64,000 bases of DNA from contig OZ025678.1 of assembly GCA_964019335.1 (NCBI GenBank), forward strand, positions 434,001-498,000, in the 5' to 3' direction. Below the pieces are notes generated by a model. That model ran no database searches, was not told the DNA's origin, and was given only the letters and a program-made list of their open reading frames with translations. This DNA comes from Diplonema japonicum. Taxonomy: Eukaryota; Protista; Euglenozoa: Diplonemea. Below are positions 53,323 through 64,000 of the stretch, in pieces. Both the position numbers and the translations under genes were made by a program. Positions within the stretch are counted from its first letter, which is position 1. Every line of letters starts with the position of its first letter.

Positions 53323-56300
53323 ATGCCAGGGGTGGAGAAACGGCAAGATGTAGATGGGTCGTATTATACCAAAGAGGAGTTCATAGCATTCTACACGGGT
53401 CTGGATGAGTGGGATCAAGCGGAGGCAGAAGAGCAAGAAGAGGAGACAGCTTCCCCTTCGGGGTTTGGGTTCACTTCTCCTGTGAAGTCGGCTGATGGCT
53501 TCCAATTTAGTATGGGGAAAGTCTCCACACTTGGGGTGACTGAAAGTGGCGATGCTGCGCCTATGTTCGGGGACGTAACGAGTTCTATTTTCAAGACAAG
53601 CACTGCAGCACCTGTGGAATGGACTGTTCCTGCCACAGTGACACCGAAGTACGAATTCCAAGTGAATGCCAACACCACTGCTTCGTCCCCCGCTGCACCC
53701 CCATCGGAAGATACCGACACTGCAGCCCATTCGTCTGTTCCTATTCCTCCCGACTTAAACAAAGCAGACTGGGTCTGCTCCACTTGCGGCCGCGGGAAGG
53801 ATCTTACTGGCGACCATCTTAAAACAAAGCAGTCAGTCAATTCCCAGTGCAATTCTAAGAAATGCAGCTTCAAGAAGCGCACGTTCGTACGTAAGGGTTC
53901 CCCAGAGGACCCCGGCGCTAACAAGCAAAAAGAGCCCAAGAATGAAGAGATGAAAAAGGAGGGACTCAACAAGGAGGAGCCTAAGAAGGAAGAGATCAAA
54001 AAGGAAGAACCCAAAAAGGAGGAGCCTAAGAAGGAGGAGCCCAAAAAGGAAGAACCCAAAAAGGAAGAACCTAAGGAAGAGGCCTCCCCCACCAAGGGTC
54101 TCTTCGGCGGCATCACAACGACCTTCGCAACTGATTCGGATGGGAAAGAGAACGTGTTCTCCGGCATCAGCACCGCGTTCAACGCAACTATACCATCATT
54201 CGGTTCCCCTGCCACACCTGCTTCTCCGGTTGCTGGTGGTGAGGGCCCCCCTCCCGAAACGAAGATACCCGATGCCACTGACAGCAACCAGTGGATGTGC
54301 TCGACGTGCGGTGCTGTGAAGATTTTGGAAGGCGCGCACCTGGCAAAGAAACAGGAGGTGAACACCTCGTGCAGCTCTAAGAAATGCTGCCAAAAGAAGA
54401 GGACCTTTAGAAGAAAAGTTGTTGACTCTTCTGATAAAGCTACCACCGCACCGTCGCCTGCGGTACCTAAAACCACCATGAGCAATCCCTTTGCAACCCC
54501 CTTAAGTGGTACACCTGCCACAACCTCAGGCACAAATGTTTTCGGTGGTGCATCATCTACGAACCCCTTCAGCAATGTCTCTGTGCCTGCTCCTGCTCCT
54601 GCTACTGCCGGCAGCGAGTCTAACCCCTTCGCCACAAGCGCGTCGAACCCTTTCAGCAGCACTGCCGCCGCTGCTTTCCAGTCCAACTCATCTGTCGGCA
54701 ACCCCTTCGGCGCACCTCCCAAGCCCTTTGCCTCCTCTAACCCCTTTGGCACCTCTGCCAACAATGTCTTCAGCACAGGGGGCATCAAGAGCTTCGCTGA
54801 AGCTATGGAGACCTTCGGTGATGCTTCACCTCCCAAGCAAGGCTTTGGATTTAACGGTGTGTGCTTCAGGGGAAATAAGAAAGAAAAACAATGGGACACA
54901 AAATTAAGCAAACCACAGAAGCTGCTGCCAAGAGTCCTCCTGTGGCCCCGGCGAAGAGTTCCGATGCCGCTCCTGTCAAGCTCCCAGCCGAAGAAGATGC
55001 TGGCAAGCTGATGCACCCCAAGATACCTGCCGGGTTCAAGCCCACGGACAGAGTGAAGGAGTACCTAAGTGCAGGGCAAGTTGTCAGCTTGTTGCCACCA
55101 AGGCTGCCAAAGGGGTGGGGTTACAAAGACGTGGCCATGACGGTATGCGTTACGTTGCGTGGAACACTAAAGCAGGGAAAGTACCTGACACCCGAGCAGT
55201 GCGGCGTTCTGAAGAAGGTGATCAAGAAGCCCACCGACTCCGACGCTTTCGACGTGGATAGGGAAGGCGACTGGATTTGTCAAAACTGTAACAAAGCAAA
55301 GGAGTTCACAAAGACCTCGCACCTTGTTGGCAAGAAGTCGGTCAACAGCAAGTGCGACGAGTGCGGGAAGAAGGGAGACATCTTGTGGACTCCTTCGAAG
55401 TTTGGGAAGAACAAGGTATGATAGCCTTACTCAGCCACACACAACAGGGCAACTACACTACTTTCGTCTATGAAGAACCTGAGGAGTCTCTCACACCAGG
55501 CTTCTCACTTGCTGGCGCTGACTCAGCCAAAACAGATAGTGGGGCCACCTTCGGTACTTCGACCTGGGATGCTTCTGCCTTTTGTGGTGGCTTAAGTAAT
55601 ACAGGCGGCTTCGGCACCGCATCTGGTGGCTTCGGCACCGCATCGGGTGGCTTCAGCACGGGTGGCTTCGGCACTGCATCGAGCGGCTTCGGCACTGCAT
55701 CGGGTGGCTTCGGCACCGCATCTGGCGGCTTATCGGGTGGCTTCGGCACTGCATCGAGCGGCTTCGGCACTGCATCGGGTGGCTTCGGCACTGCATCGAG
55801 TGGCTTCGGCACTGCATCGAGTGGCTTCGGCACTGCATCGGGCGGCTTCGGCACTGCATCGGGCGGCTTATCGGGTGGCTTCGGCACTGCATCGGGCTGC
55901 TTCGGCACCGCATCGGGCGGCTTATCGGGTGGCTTCGGCACTGCATCGGGCGGCTTATCGGGTGGCTTCGGCACTGCATCGGGCGGCTTATCGGGTGGCT
56001 TCGGCACTGCATCGGGCTGCTTCGGCACCGCATCGGGCGGCTTATCGGGTGGCTTCGGCACTGCATCGGGCGGCTTATCGGGTGGCTTCGGCACTGCATC
56101 GGGCGGCTTATCGGGTGGCTTCGGCACCGCATCGGGCTGCTTCGGCACCGCATCGGGTGGCTTCGGCACTGCATCGGGCGGCTTATCGGGTGGCTTCGGC
56201 ACCGCATCGGGCGGCTTATCGGGTGGCTTCGGCACTGCATCGAGTGGCTTCGGCACTGCATCGGGCGGCTTATCGGGTGGCTTCGGCACCGCATCGGGCT

Positions 56301-59300
56301 GCTTCGGCACTGCATCGAGCGGCTTCGGCACCGCATCGGGTGGCTTCGGCACTGCATCGGGTGGCTTCGGTACCCCGTCGAATGGCTTCGGCACCCCATC
56401 AGGCGGCTTCAGCACTACAATGGGGGGGGCTGCTGTAAACACAGCGGGATTTCCTCCATTTACCACTGGCACTTTGGGCTTCGACACCGCTAAGAAAGAT
56501 GAAGAAAAGCCTTCGGAGACAAAGGCTGCCAACAAGCCTGCATTGTACAACAAAGACCTGGACGAGGGTGTGGCATACGAGCCTGGTGTTGCTGGGGACT
56601 TTTTGTGCACGAGGTGCAAAAACAAGAAGGAGATTAAGAATCCCGAGAGGTTCAAAGGCAGGGTGAGCCTCACCAGTGACTGCAAGACGTGTGTGAGGTC
56701 TGTGACCTTCAAGTGGACTCCTTCAAGCGGCACTTCGGCTGCTCCTGTTGCTGTTGAGAATGTGCCGTCGCCCATGAAGCTTATTTCAGCGTCGACACCT
56801 TCTGACTCAGCTCCCACAAAGTGCCCCGATTTGCCCGAGTTGGTAGCGCTTGATACTGTTGAGAACGGCCTCGCCTCTTCTTTTATTTCCGTTCCTGCCG
56901 CGAACAACTTATCTTCACAGCCATTCGGGTTGAGCAGCCCAGCTTCCACTTGCACTGGTTTCAGTTTAAGTAACAATCAACAAGAAGCGAAGCCTGCAGA
57001 GACAACTGCCGCCAGCAAGCCTGCATTGTACAACAAAGACCTGGACGAGGGTGTGGCATACGAGCCTGGTGTTGCTGGGGACTTCTTGTGCACGAGGTGC
57101 AAAAACAAGAAAGAGATGAAGAACCCCGACAGGTTCAAAGGCAGGGTGAGCCTCACCAGTGACTGCAAGACGTGTGTGAGGTCTGTGACCTTCAAGTGGA
57201 CCCCTTCAAGCGGCACTTCGGCTGCTCCTGTTGCTGTTGAGAAGCCCAAGTCAGTGGAACCTACTTTTAGTGGATTTAGCGGTTCTTCGGCCGCATCTAC
57301 GTTGAGCTTTGCCAACACCAACACCTTCACGGGCGTCTCTTCAACACCTGCTTTCGTGAACAACACACCCATGTTCCACACTGGACTCAAAAAAGAAGAA
57401 CCGAAAAAGGAACAGCCTGCAGAGACAAAGGCCGCTAACAAGCCTGCATTGTACAACAAAGACCTGGACGAGGGTGTGGCATACGAACCTGGTGTTGCTG
57501 GGGACTTTTTGTGCACGAGGTGCAAAAACAAGAAAGAGATGAAGAACCCCGACAGGTTCAAAGGCAGGGTGAGCCTCACCAGTGACTGCAAGACGTGTGC
57601 GAGGTCTGTGACCTTCAAGTGGACGCCTTCAAGTGGCACTTCGGCTGCTCCTGTTGCTGTTGAGAATGCGCCCAAGTCGCCCGTGAAGTCCGTTTCGGCT
57701 GCTCCTGCTCTTGTTGAGAAGTCCATGTCGCCTATGAAACCGGCGTTTTCCTCTGGTGCTTCCCCTTCTGCTGCACCTGTCGCAATGCCCACCTTCAGTG
57801 GGTTTGGGAACAGCTCATCTTCACCTTCGTTGGACTTGAATGCCCCTTCAGTGGCCACAAAGACACCAACGATGTCTGCGCTAACCACTCCTGCCGCATC
57901 ACCTGAGAAGGTTACAACGACACCTGCGAAGTCTGCGCCAACCACCCCCGCCGCATCACCTGAGAAGGAAACAAAGACACCCGCGATGTCTGCGGTGGCC
58001 ACCCCTGTCGCATCACCCGAGAAAGTTGCGCCTGTGAAGGCTGACACGCCACAGAAAGAGGTTGTGAGGGAAACAGCACCCCAGGTTGTCCCCCCACCTA
58101 CTGTTGTTACGCCTGTTGTGGTAGCACCGACTGTTGACTTGTCGAAGATCGAGAATGCGATGCTTCAGCTTACTGAGGCATACCAAAAACAGGGAAAAGA
58201 GTACCTTGAGCTGAGGGTGCGTGTCGATAAAAACGAAAAAAAACACGAGGATTACAAACGAAAGCAGAAAGAGAAGAAGAAGAAAGAGCGCGAAACACGA
58301 GGGGCGATGATGCAGCTGCTGTTGACGCAGATCAGGGAGTCAAACGACATGTACAGGCGGCAAATCGAGTTGCAGGGACAGCAAGAAGAGGAAAGGAAAA
58401 AAATCGAGGCAGCAAGAGAAGACAAGCCGCAGACGCGTGTTCCGGTAAGGAGGGCACCGCTGAGCCTTCCTGAGGATCCTAGGGTACGTATTGAGCAGTT
58501 GGAAGCAGAATGCAGGATTAACGAAGACGCCCTGTGGAGGGGGCTTACAGGATCGAGGACGTGCAGTGCCGTGACCCGCGTTGTTGCTTACTTCGTGCAG
58601 TCGATGACGACGGCAGCGCAGAGGCTCCGCAGCGATCTAGAGAACGCAAGGGACGTTTCCCAGTTGACTGTCGCAAAGCGCCAGCTGCGTGAGGTAGCTA
58701 AGACAGACATGGAAAGTCTCGATAGGCAGCTTTCAGCACTGATAGGCTGCGTCCCACAAACTGAAGAGGAACTCGCGAACATTGGTTTGCTGAACCTCAA
58801 GTCGCTTATTAGAGATAAGGTGCAAAACCTCAGAGACCTGCTGGTGGGCATCGAGTACAGATCACAGGGCAAGGTGCCTGTTGCTAGCATGCAGCAGCCT
58901 ACCCTGCAGCTCTCGGTGGCAAAATCACCATTCCAGCCATCTGTGTCTCCCGCACACATGATCACTTCTCCTTATACTGCAGACGAGGCCTCCGTTGCAA
59001 GGAAGCTGTCGCTGGGTAGGCTGGCCTCGGCTGAGACTGACATGCTTGGTATGCTCATTTTCTATTAGAATAATCGAAATTCTTCCACAGCTGCATCTCC
59101 CGCAGTTACTCCTAACCCAAGGGGAAAGAAGGGCTACACCTTGACCCCGTCTGCTGGGGGCACTTCGCGCATGAAGGGTGACCTGCTTGAAATCCTGCGC
59201 CAAACAGGACTTGACCCCATGACCTCCATTCTCGAGGCGAACGGTGTTTACGATGTGGCGACACTCCAATCGTGCACGAAACGGGACTTGGAAAGAATCG

Positions 59301-61770
59301 GCTTCAACCTTGGACAGGTGTGTACGGGATCGGTGTCAATCTTTCACAGGCGACAAATTTGATGAAGAAGATCAGGCCGCAGCAGGTACGTGTCGAGCGA
59401 TCACACGACCTCTTGCCTAGCCCTGTGGAACCGGCCTATCTTGAGAAGCCCAGAGAGGAGAAGAAGCTCCCAGAGAGCACACCCGTAAAATCTTTCTCGA
59501 GTTTCACACCCAGCGAAGCCCCGAAGGCTGACAAAACAGAAGTGACCCCTGCAAAGTTCTGTGACAAAAAGGTACCCGACGCTACGCCCCCCACGGGCTT
59601 CGGGTCAGGGTTCTCGTCGACACCTGCGTTCGGGTTCGGTGGGTCGACCGAGAAAGACTCGAAGGCACCTCCCCCAAAGCTGGAAGAGAAGGAAGTGAAG
59701 AAGAAGTTTGGTGTAAAGGAAAGGGAGAAAGAAGAGATTACCAGCAGCTTCTCCGCATCTCCAGCAACATCCAGCAAAGGCTTTGGCGGTGCCTTCGGAG
59801 TGTCATCATCCAAGACTGACAGTGACAAACCTACAGTGAAAGTAGAATCCAGGGGATTTAGTGGCTTCGGTGGCAAGTGGAAGACTTTCGCTGCTACGTC
59901 GAAAGGCGATGCGTCCCCCTCGAAGGACACTAAGAAGGACGGTGATTCGAAAGGCTTCAGTGTTGCATCCTCAACTTCGGGATCGACTGGCTTCGGTGGG
60001 TTTGGCGCAAAGGTGAACGAACCTGCTTCGAAGGGCTTTGGTGAGAAGGAAGAAGGCGAATCGAAAGGGTTTGGTAAGGGTTTCGGTTCCACCAAACCGA
60101 AAGGTCTCGGGGACTTTGGTTCATCTACTGCTGGCTTTGGGGCATCTTCAAAAGCTGCCAAGGAAAGTGACTCCAGGGGATTCGGAGGCTTCGGCTCCTC
60201 ACCTCCTTCGGTCGGCTTCGGGGCAACTCCTTCAAAGGATGCGAAAGAGGATGACAAGGGAAGCGAAGCCTTTGGTACCACTCCTGCGAAGGACACCAAG
60301 GAGAAAGAAGAGCCGAAGGGCTTTGGGCTCAGTGTTTCGCCACCCGCATCGGCAGGCGGCTTTGGTGCCTTCAGTGCAACGCCGGAAAAGACGCCAGGGT
60401 TTGGCACGTCAAGCTCAGGTAAGTCCACTGCGTTCGGTGCTTCCTCGGGGACTCAGTTCGGTGCCTCATCTAGCTCAACTGCCTCGTCTGCTGGGTTCGG
60501 TGCCTCTTCCAGCTCAACGGCCTCATCTTCTGGGTTTGGTGCCTCTTCCAGCTCAGCAGCCTCATTTTCTGGGTTTGGAGCTTCTTCAAGCACAGGCTTT
60601 GGTGCGTCCTCAAGTGGTGCGTCCAACGGTGGGTTCGGCGCCTCTTCAAGCGCGGCCCCTGCCTTTGCGTCATCAAGTGAAGCGTCCAGCAGTGGGTTTG
60701 GTGCAGGAGGCTTCGGTGCCGCATCTAGCAGCGCTTCCCCTGCTGCTGGCTTTGGCGCAGCATCGAGCGGCGGTTTTGGTGCTTCCTCCTCTGCTGCTGG
60801 CTTCGGTGATGCCACAAGCGGAGGTTTTGGTGCCTCTTCGTCTTCTGCTACAGGCTTCGGCGCTGCTTCAAGTGGTGGTTTTGGCGCTTCTCCCTCAGTT
60901 GGCTTCGGTACTGCATCGAGCGGCAGCTTTGGCGCTTCTTCTTCCTCTGCTGGCTTCGGTGCTGCATCGAGCGGCGGTTTTGGTGCTTCTTCTTCTGCAG
61001 GCTTCGGTGCTGCCTCAAGTGGTGGTTTTGGTGCTTCTTCTTCTGCAGGCTTCGGTGCTGCCTCAAGTGGCGGTTTTGGCGCTTCTCCTGCTGCTGGCTT
61101 CGGTGCTGCATCAAGCGGTGGTTTTGCTGCTGCTTCATCGGCAGGCGGTTTTGGTGCAGCCCCTGTACCTGGTTTTGGCGCTGCATCGCCGACTCCCGGT
61201 TTTGGTGCTGCTGCTGCTGCTGCGGACAACCCGTTCGCCGGCTCTGGCCCCGGTGCTGGGTTCGGGGCTCCGTCCCCTGTGATGGGTGGGTTCGGTGCCT
61301 CTGCTTCTGCCCCGGCTCCAGCAGGGAGCAACCCGTTTGCAGGCGGCGGCGGGTTTGGCGCAACAGCCGCACCTGCACCTGCACCTGGCGGATTTGGTGC
61401 TCCAGCTACTGGGTTTGCACAACCCGCAGCGGCCGGTGCCTTCACGCCTGACACTTCTAACCCCTTCGCCTCTGCGCCAGCGGTATGGGAATAGAAGATT
61501 CCTCACAAAACACAGGCACAAGCCTTTGGTGCACCTGCACCTGCGCCTATGCCGGCTGTGGCCCCCGGTGGTGGGTTCAGCCAATATAGCTCAGCACCTT
61601 CTGGGTTTGGACAGGTATGTTTCAGAAAGAAAGAATCCTTATTCCCCAACTAGGCCGCCGTAGCACCTGTCGCAGCAGCAGCTCCTGTTGACCCCTCCAA
61701 CCCGTTCGCTTCTGGCTTCTCCTCCAACTCCGGCTTCACTTCTACGAGCTTTAGTGCGATGAGGAAGTAA
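53323..61770 (+). CDS. Giant FG-repeat nucleoporin-like protein (~2,735 aa) with six C4 zinc fingers, coiled coil and SAM-like domain
   Basis: Exons 53323-54856, 54919-55415, 55448-59048, 59091-59317, 59350-61482, 61516-61614, 61654-61770 all join in frame (8,208 nt) through 32-62 nt GT-AG introns; ends FTSTSFSAMRK*. Confidence 0.8.
55605..56412 (+). repeat. Coding minisatellite, 21-bp unit (GFGTASG) with an optional 12-bp GLSG insert
   Basis: GGCTTCGGCACTGCATCGGGT repeated with GGCTTATCGGGT inserts. Confidence 0.95.
56533..57666 (+). repeat. Three near-identical 228-bp coding duplications (zinc-finger module)
   Basis: 56533-56760, 57016-57243 and 57439-57666 each encode KPALYNKDLDEG...GDFLCTRC...SDCKTC..SVTFKWTP. 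Confidence 0.95.
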
Positions 61771-62164
61771 GTCAAAACAACTTTGCCACCCTTTTTTTCC
61801 CCTCCTGCCATCAAAAAAAAATACTTTAAAAAAAAAACACAACTCTTTAGATTATTCCTGCCCCTCCCTCCCCTGTTATCAGAAGAATAAGAAAATTAGA
61901 AAAAAATAAATAAAAAAGCCCACTCTTTAGTGGGGTAAGCGATCAGTGTATAACACTCACCCCCCCCCTTTTTTTTTGTCTTGTTTTTCAGCCGGATCAG
62001 CTTCATCGTAGCATCCATCACGGTGAATTTCCCCAGTTTCTTTTTTCCTTCCTGCTATCATGCTTTTCGGCTCGGTTTTTTTTTTTCTTTTCTTTTTTCC
62101 GCTTTAGATGAGAACAAAGAGGAGGCGGCTCAAAGACCTCTTTTTTAACTCATTTCTTTTTTTA

Positions 62165-62298
62165 GGTGGTGGGGATAACATGAAAATATAAGAAGAACAT
62201 CAGATGTGTTGTTCGCTGTTGACCTCCTCGTCGGTCATCACCGGTAGCGCCCGAGTGGAAGAACATAATGCAGATGCTCAGGGTGACGAACAGGCAGC
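62165..62298 (+). ncRNA. HDV-like self-cleaving ribozyme (copy 2)
   Basis: P1, P3, L3, P1.1 and J4/2 are identical to copy 1; substitutions fall in the J1/2 and P4 loops, plus one A>G in P2 that keeps a T-G pair. Confidence 0.85.
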
Positions 62299-62470
62299 AA
62301 ACTGCACGAGCGCAGAATCTTGGTTACCCGGGACGCACAGGCTGGGTTGAGCTGTACACCGCACGCATTAAGGACACGACGCGGAACGCAGAAGAAGCTA
62401 CAACTCGGCCGCGGCGCGCCCCCTGTAATCAAGTAGACAGTTCTTGTGCAGGGCGCCGCCAACACCGGCC
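62165..62470 (+). mobile_element. Ribozyme-headed SINE-like element, copy 2
   Basis: Homologous to 1012-1292; flanked by the direct repeat TTTAACTCAT+T-tract (62144-62153 and 62474-62483). Confidence 0.75.
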
Positions 62471-62481
62471 TCCTTTAACTC

Positions 62482-62518
<37 letters not shown>

Positions 62519-62703
62519 TTTTGGATTACCAATTTCTACTTCCACCATAGTGTGTCAAATATTGCCCCCCTTCACTCTTCCCCGTTCTTTTATTCATTTG
62601 TTGGTAGTTGTTTTTTTTTTCTTCTTTCCTTTCTTTTTAAAAAAAAAAAAAAAAAAGAAAATTATACCGGCAGAAGAAAAAACACGCAACACACAACTGA
62701 AAC

Positions 62704-62994
62704 ATGAAGTGCGGAGGTACAACTGATGCCAGGTCCCCTAGCGCTGATGAAAAGACCATGTTTGCAGGGTTGAAGGGTGCTGTTGAGGGTAAGGCCGGGA
62801 GCACTTTTGAAAACTTTGAACCTGTTTCGCTCAAGTCCCAGGTAGTTGCCGGGACCAACTTCTTTGTAAAGTACAACGTTGGTCCTTCCTGCGTCCACGT
62901 ACGCGTCCACCAGCCCCTTCCCGGACAGGGAGACCTTCAGGTAGTTGAAGTACAAACCGGCAAGGCGTCTGGTGACAGCATCGACTTCTTCTAA
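62704..62994 (+). CDS. Cystatin (stefin, type 1)
   Basis: N-terminal CGG, QVVAGTNFFVK, VHVRVHQPLP, C-terminal D.I.FF; no signal peptide. Confidence 0.93.
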   Translation: MKCGGTTDARSPSADEKTMFAGLKGAVEGKAGSTFENFEPVSLKSQVVAGTNFFVKYNVGPSCVHVRVHQPLPGQGDLQVVEVQTGKASGDSIDFF

Positions 62995-63283
62995 GAAACC
63001 TATTTTTTTTTTTTTTTAAACCCAACGTTTTCAAAATTCAATTTGAGGAAAGAAATCTTTTTTTTTTTTTTTTTTTGCTCTTTCTTATCTCCTCTTCGCA
63101 AGAAGCCTTGGGTGTCGTTTTTTTTTTTTTTTTGTTATTGTTTTCTTACATGTTAAAGCGTTTGAAACAGAAAAAAAAAAGTTTCCCCCTTATTTTCTTT
63201 TTTTTAAGTTTTTTTTTTTTTTTTTTTACGTTTTACGCCTACACGCAAAGCCTCCCACTCCCCGCGCTCAGCATTTAGAAGAG

Positions 63284-64000
63284 ATGGCGTCAAAGAAGTT
63301 CACAGAAAAGGAGCAAGCGAGACGCTTCGATGAGATGTTCAAGAAGCCTGCGAACAAGGAGTGTTTCGACTGCACTGAAAGGGTATGGTGGGGGAATGAA
63401 AGAAAGCTATCATCCTTAACAGGGCCCTAGGTGGGCGTCGACGAATCTTGGGGTGTTCCTGTGCCTGAACTGCGCAGGGCAGCACAGGAAGCTCGGGGTG
63501 CACATCTCAAAGGTAAAGTCCGTGAACATGGACAAATGGGAGCCTAGCATGGTATGTCTATCCCTCCGTTGCTACCTCACTACAGGTAGCGTTCATCGAG
63601 CACGTTGGGAACGAGCGTGCCGTCGCGCTGTACCGTGCTAAGGCACCTGGAACCTACGAGAAGCCAAAAACAGGTTCCTCTTCGCGAGTTCTCGAGAAGA
63701 GCATCACCGACACTTATGTCATAAAGAGGTACGCTGTTGACGATCTCGATGAGCAGCTGGAGCACATCAAGTCGCTGGCCACCTCGGGTGCCAAACCTGG
63801 CAGCACCCCCACCGCGCCCCCTACACAACCTGCCCCTACCTCGGACCGCAAACGCGAACACTCACCCGAACAGGGTCCGTGGAAGTGCAGCAGGTGCACT
63901 TATCTCTCAGCACCCAGCGTCGCGAAGTGCACCATGTGCGAGACACCGGTATGATGTAAGGATCAACTGTATTAACGCACAGAGGGAGTCGCCGCAGGCT
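63284..64000 (+). CDS. ArfGAP protein with NZF/RanBP2-type zinc finger (3'-truncated by window edge)
   Basis: Exons 63284-63382, 63423-63551, 63586-63948, 63983->; NKECFDC...[38 protein letters not shown]; WKCSRCTY.......CTMCETP. Confidence 0.93.

Noticed and set aside
55605-56412. CRISPR-like array
   Set aside because: No unique spacers; an in-frame coding minisatellite in a eukaryotic gene.
54857-59349. Apparent programmed frameshifts between overlapping + ORFs
   Set aside because: Each shift is resolved exactly by a short GT-AG intron.
53415-61454. Long minus-strand and alternate-frame ORFs (e.g. 55468-56976 PDAVPKP repeats, 53415-55016, 60453-61454, 55626-56438)
   Set aside because: Shadows of the repetitive GC-rich FG coding strand, which lacks stops in other frames.
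62400-62460. Minus-strand CCCTG...CAGGG resembling the ingi/L1Tc signature
   Set aside because: No P3/L3 or J4/2 can be built, and it is not conserved in copy 1.
1-64000. tRNA, rRNA, spliced-leader RNA, telomeric arrays, alternative genetic code
   Set aside because: None recognised by eye; TAA, TAG and TGA all terminate genes. A covariance-model scan could still find small RNAs.

Overview
Gene-dense eukaryotic (protist) DNA. All ~34 supportable protein genes lie on the + strand, head-to-tail, separated by spacers rich in T, A, G and C homopolymers. I could define 26 very short (32-84 nt) GT-AG introns, mostly with a GTAT donor; they explain the apparent frameshifts in the ORF track and reveal genes it missed or split (eIF1, a 49-aa microprotein, ArfGAP, a 722-aa CDK11-like kinase, a ~2,735-aa FG-repeat protein). 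The unidirectional array and GTATG donors suggest a euglenozoan, possibly diplonemid-like, with polycistronic transcription; this is inference only. The most striking non-coding signal is a ~280-300 bp element present twice (1012-1292 and 62165-62450). Its 5' ~135 nt fold by hand into a complete HDV-like self-cleaving ribozyme, followed by a second structured domain, and one copy has a probable target-site duplication. It looks like a ribozyme-headed SINE lying sense within the gene array. Also present: a decayed piggyBac with TTAA ends, a hairpin/inverted-repeat element between tandem NAC-beta genes, a small MITE, a bacterial-type nitrilase, and a homologue of the plant wound-induced basic protein. 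All family calls come from motif recognition by eye; no searches were run.
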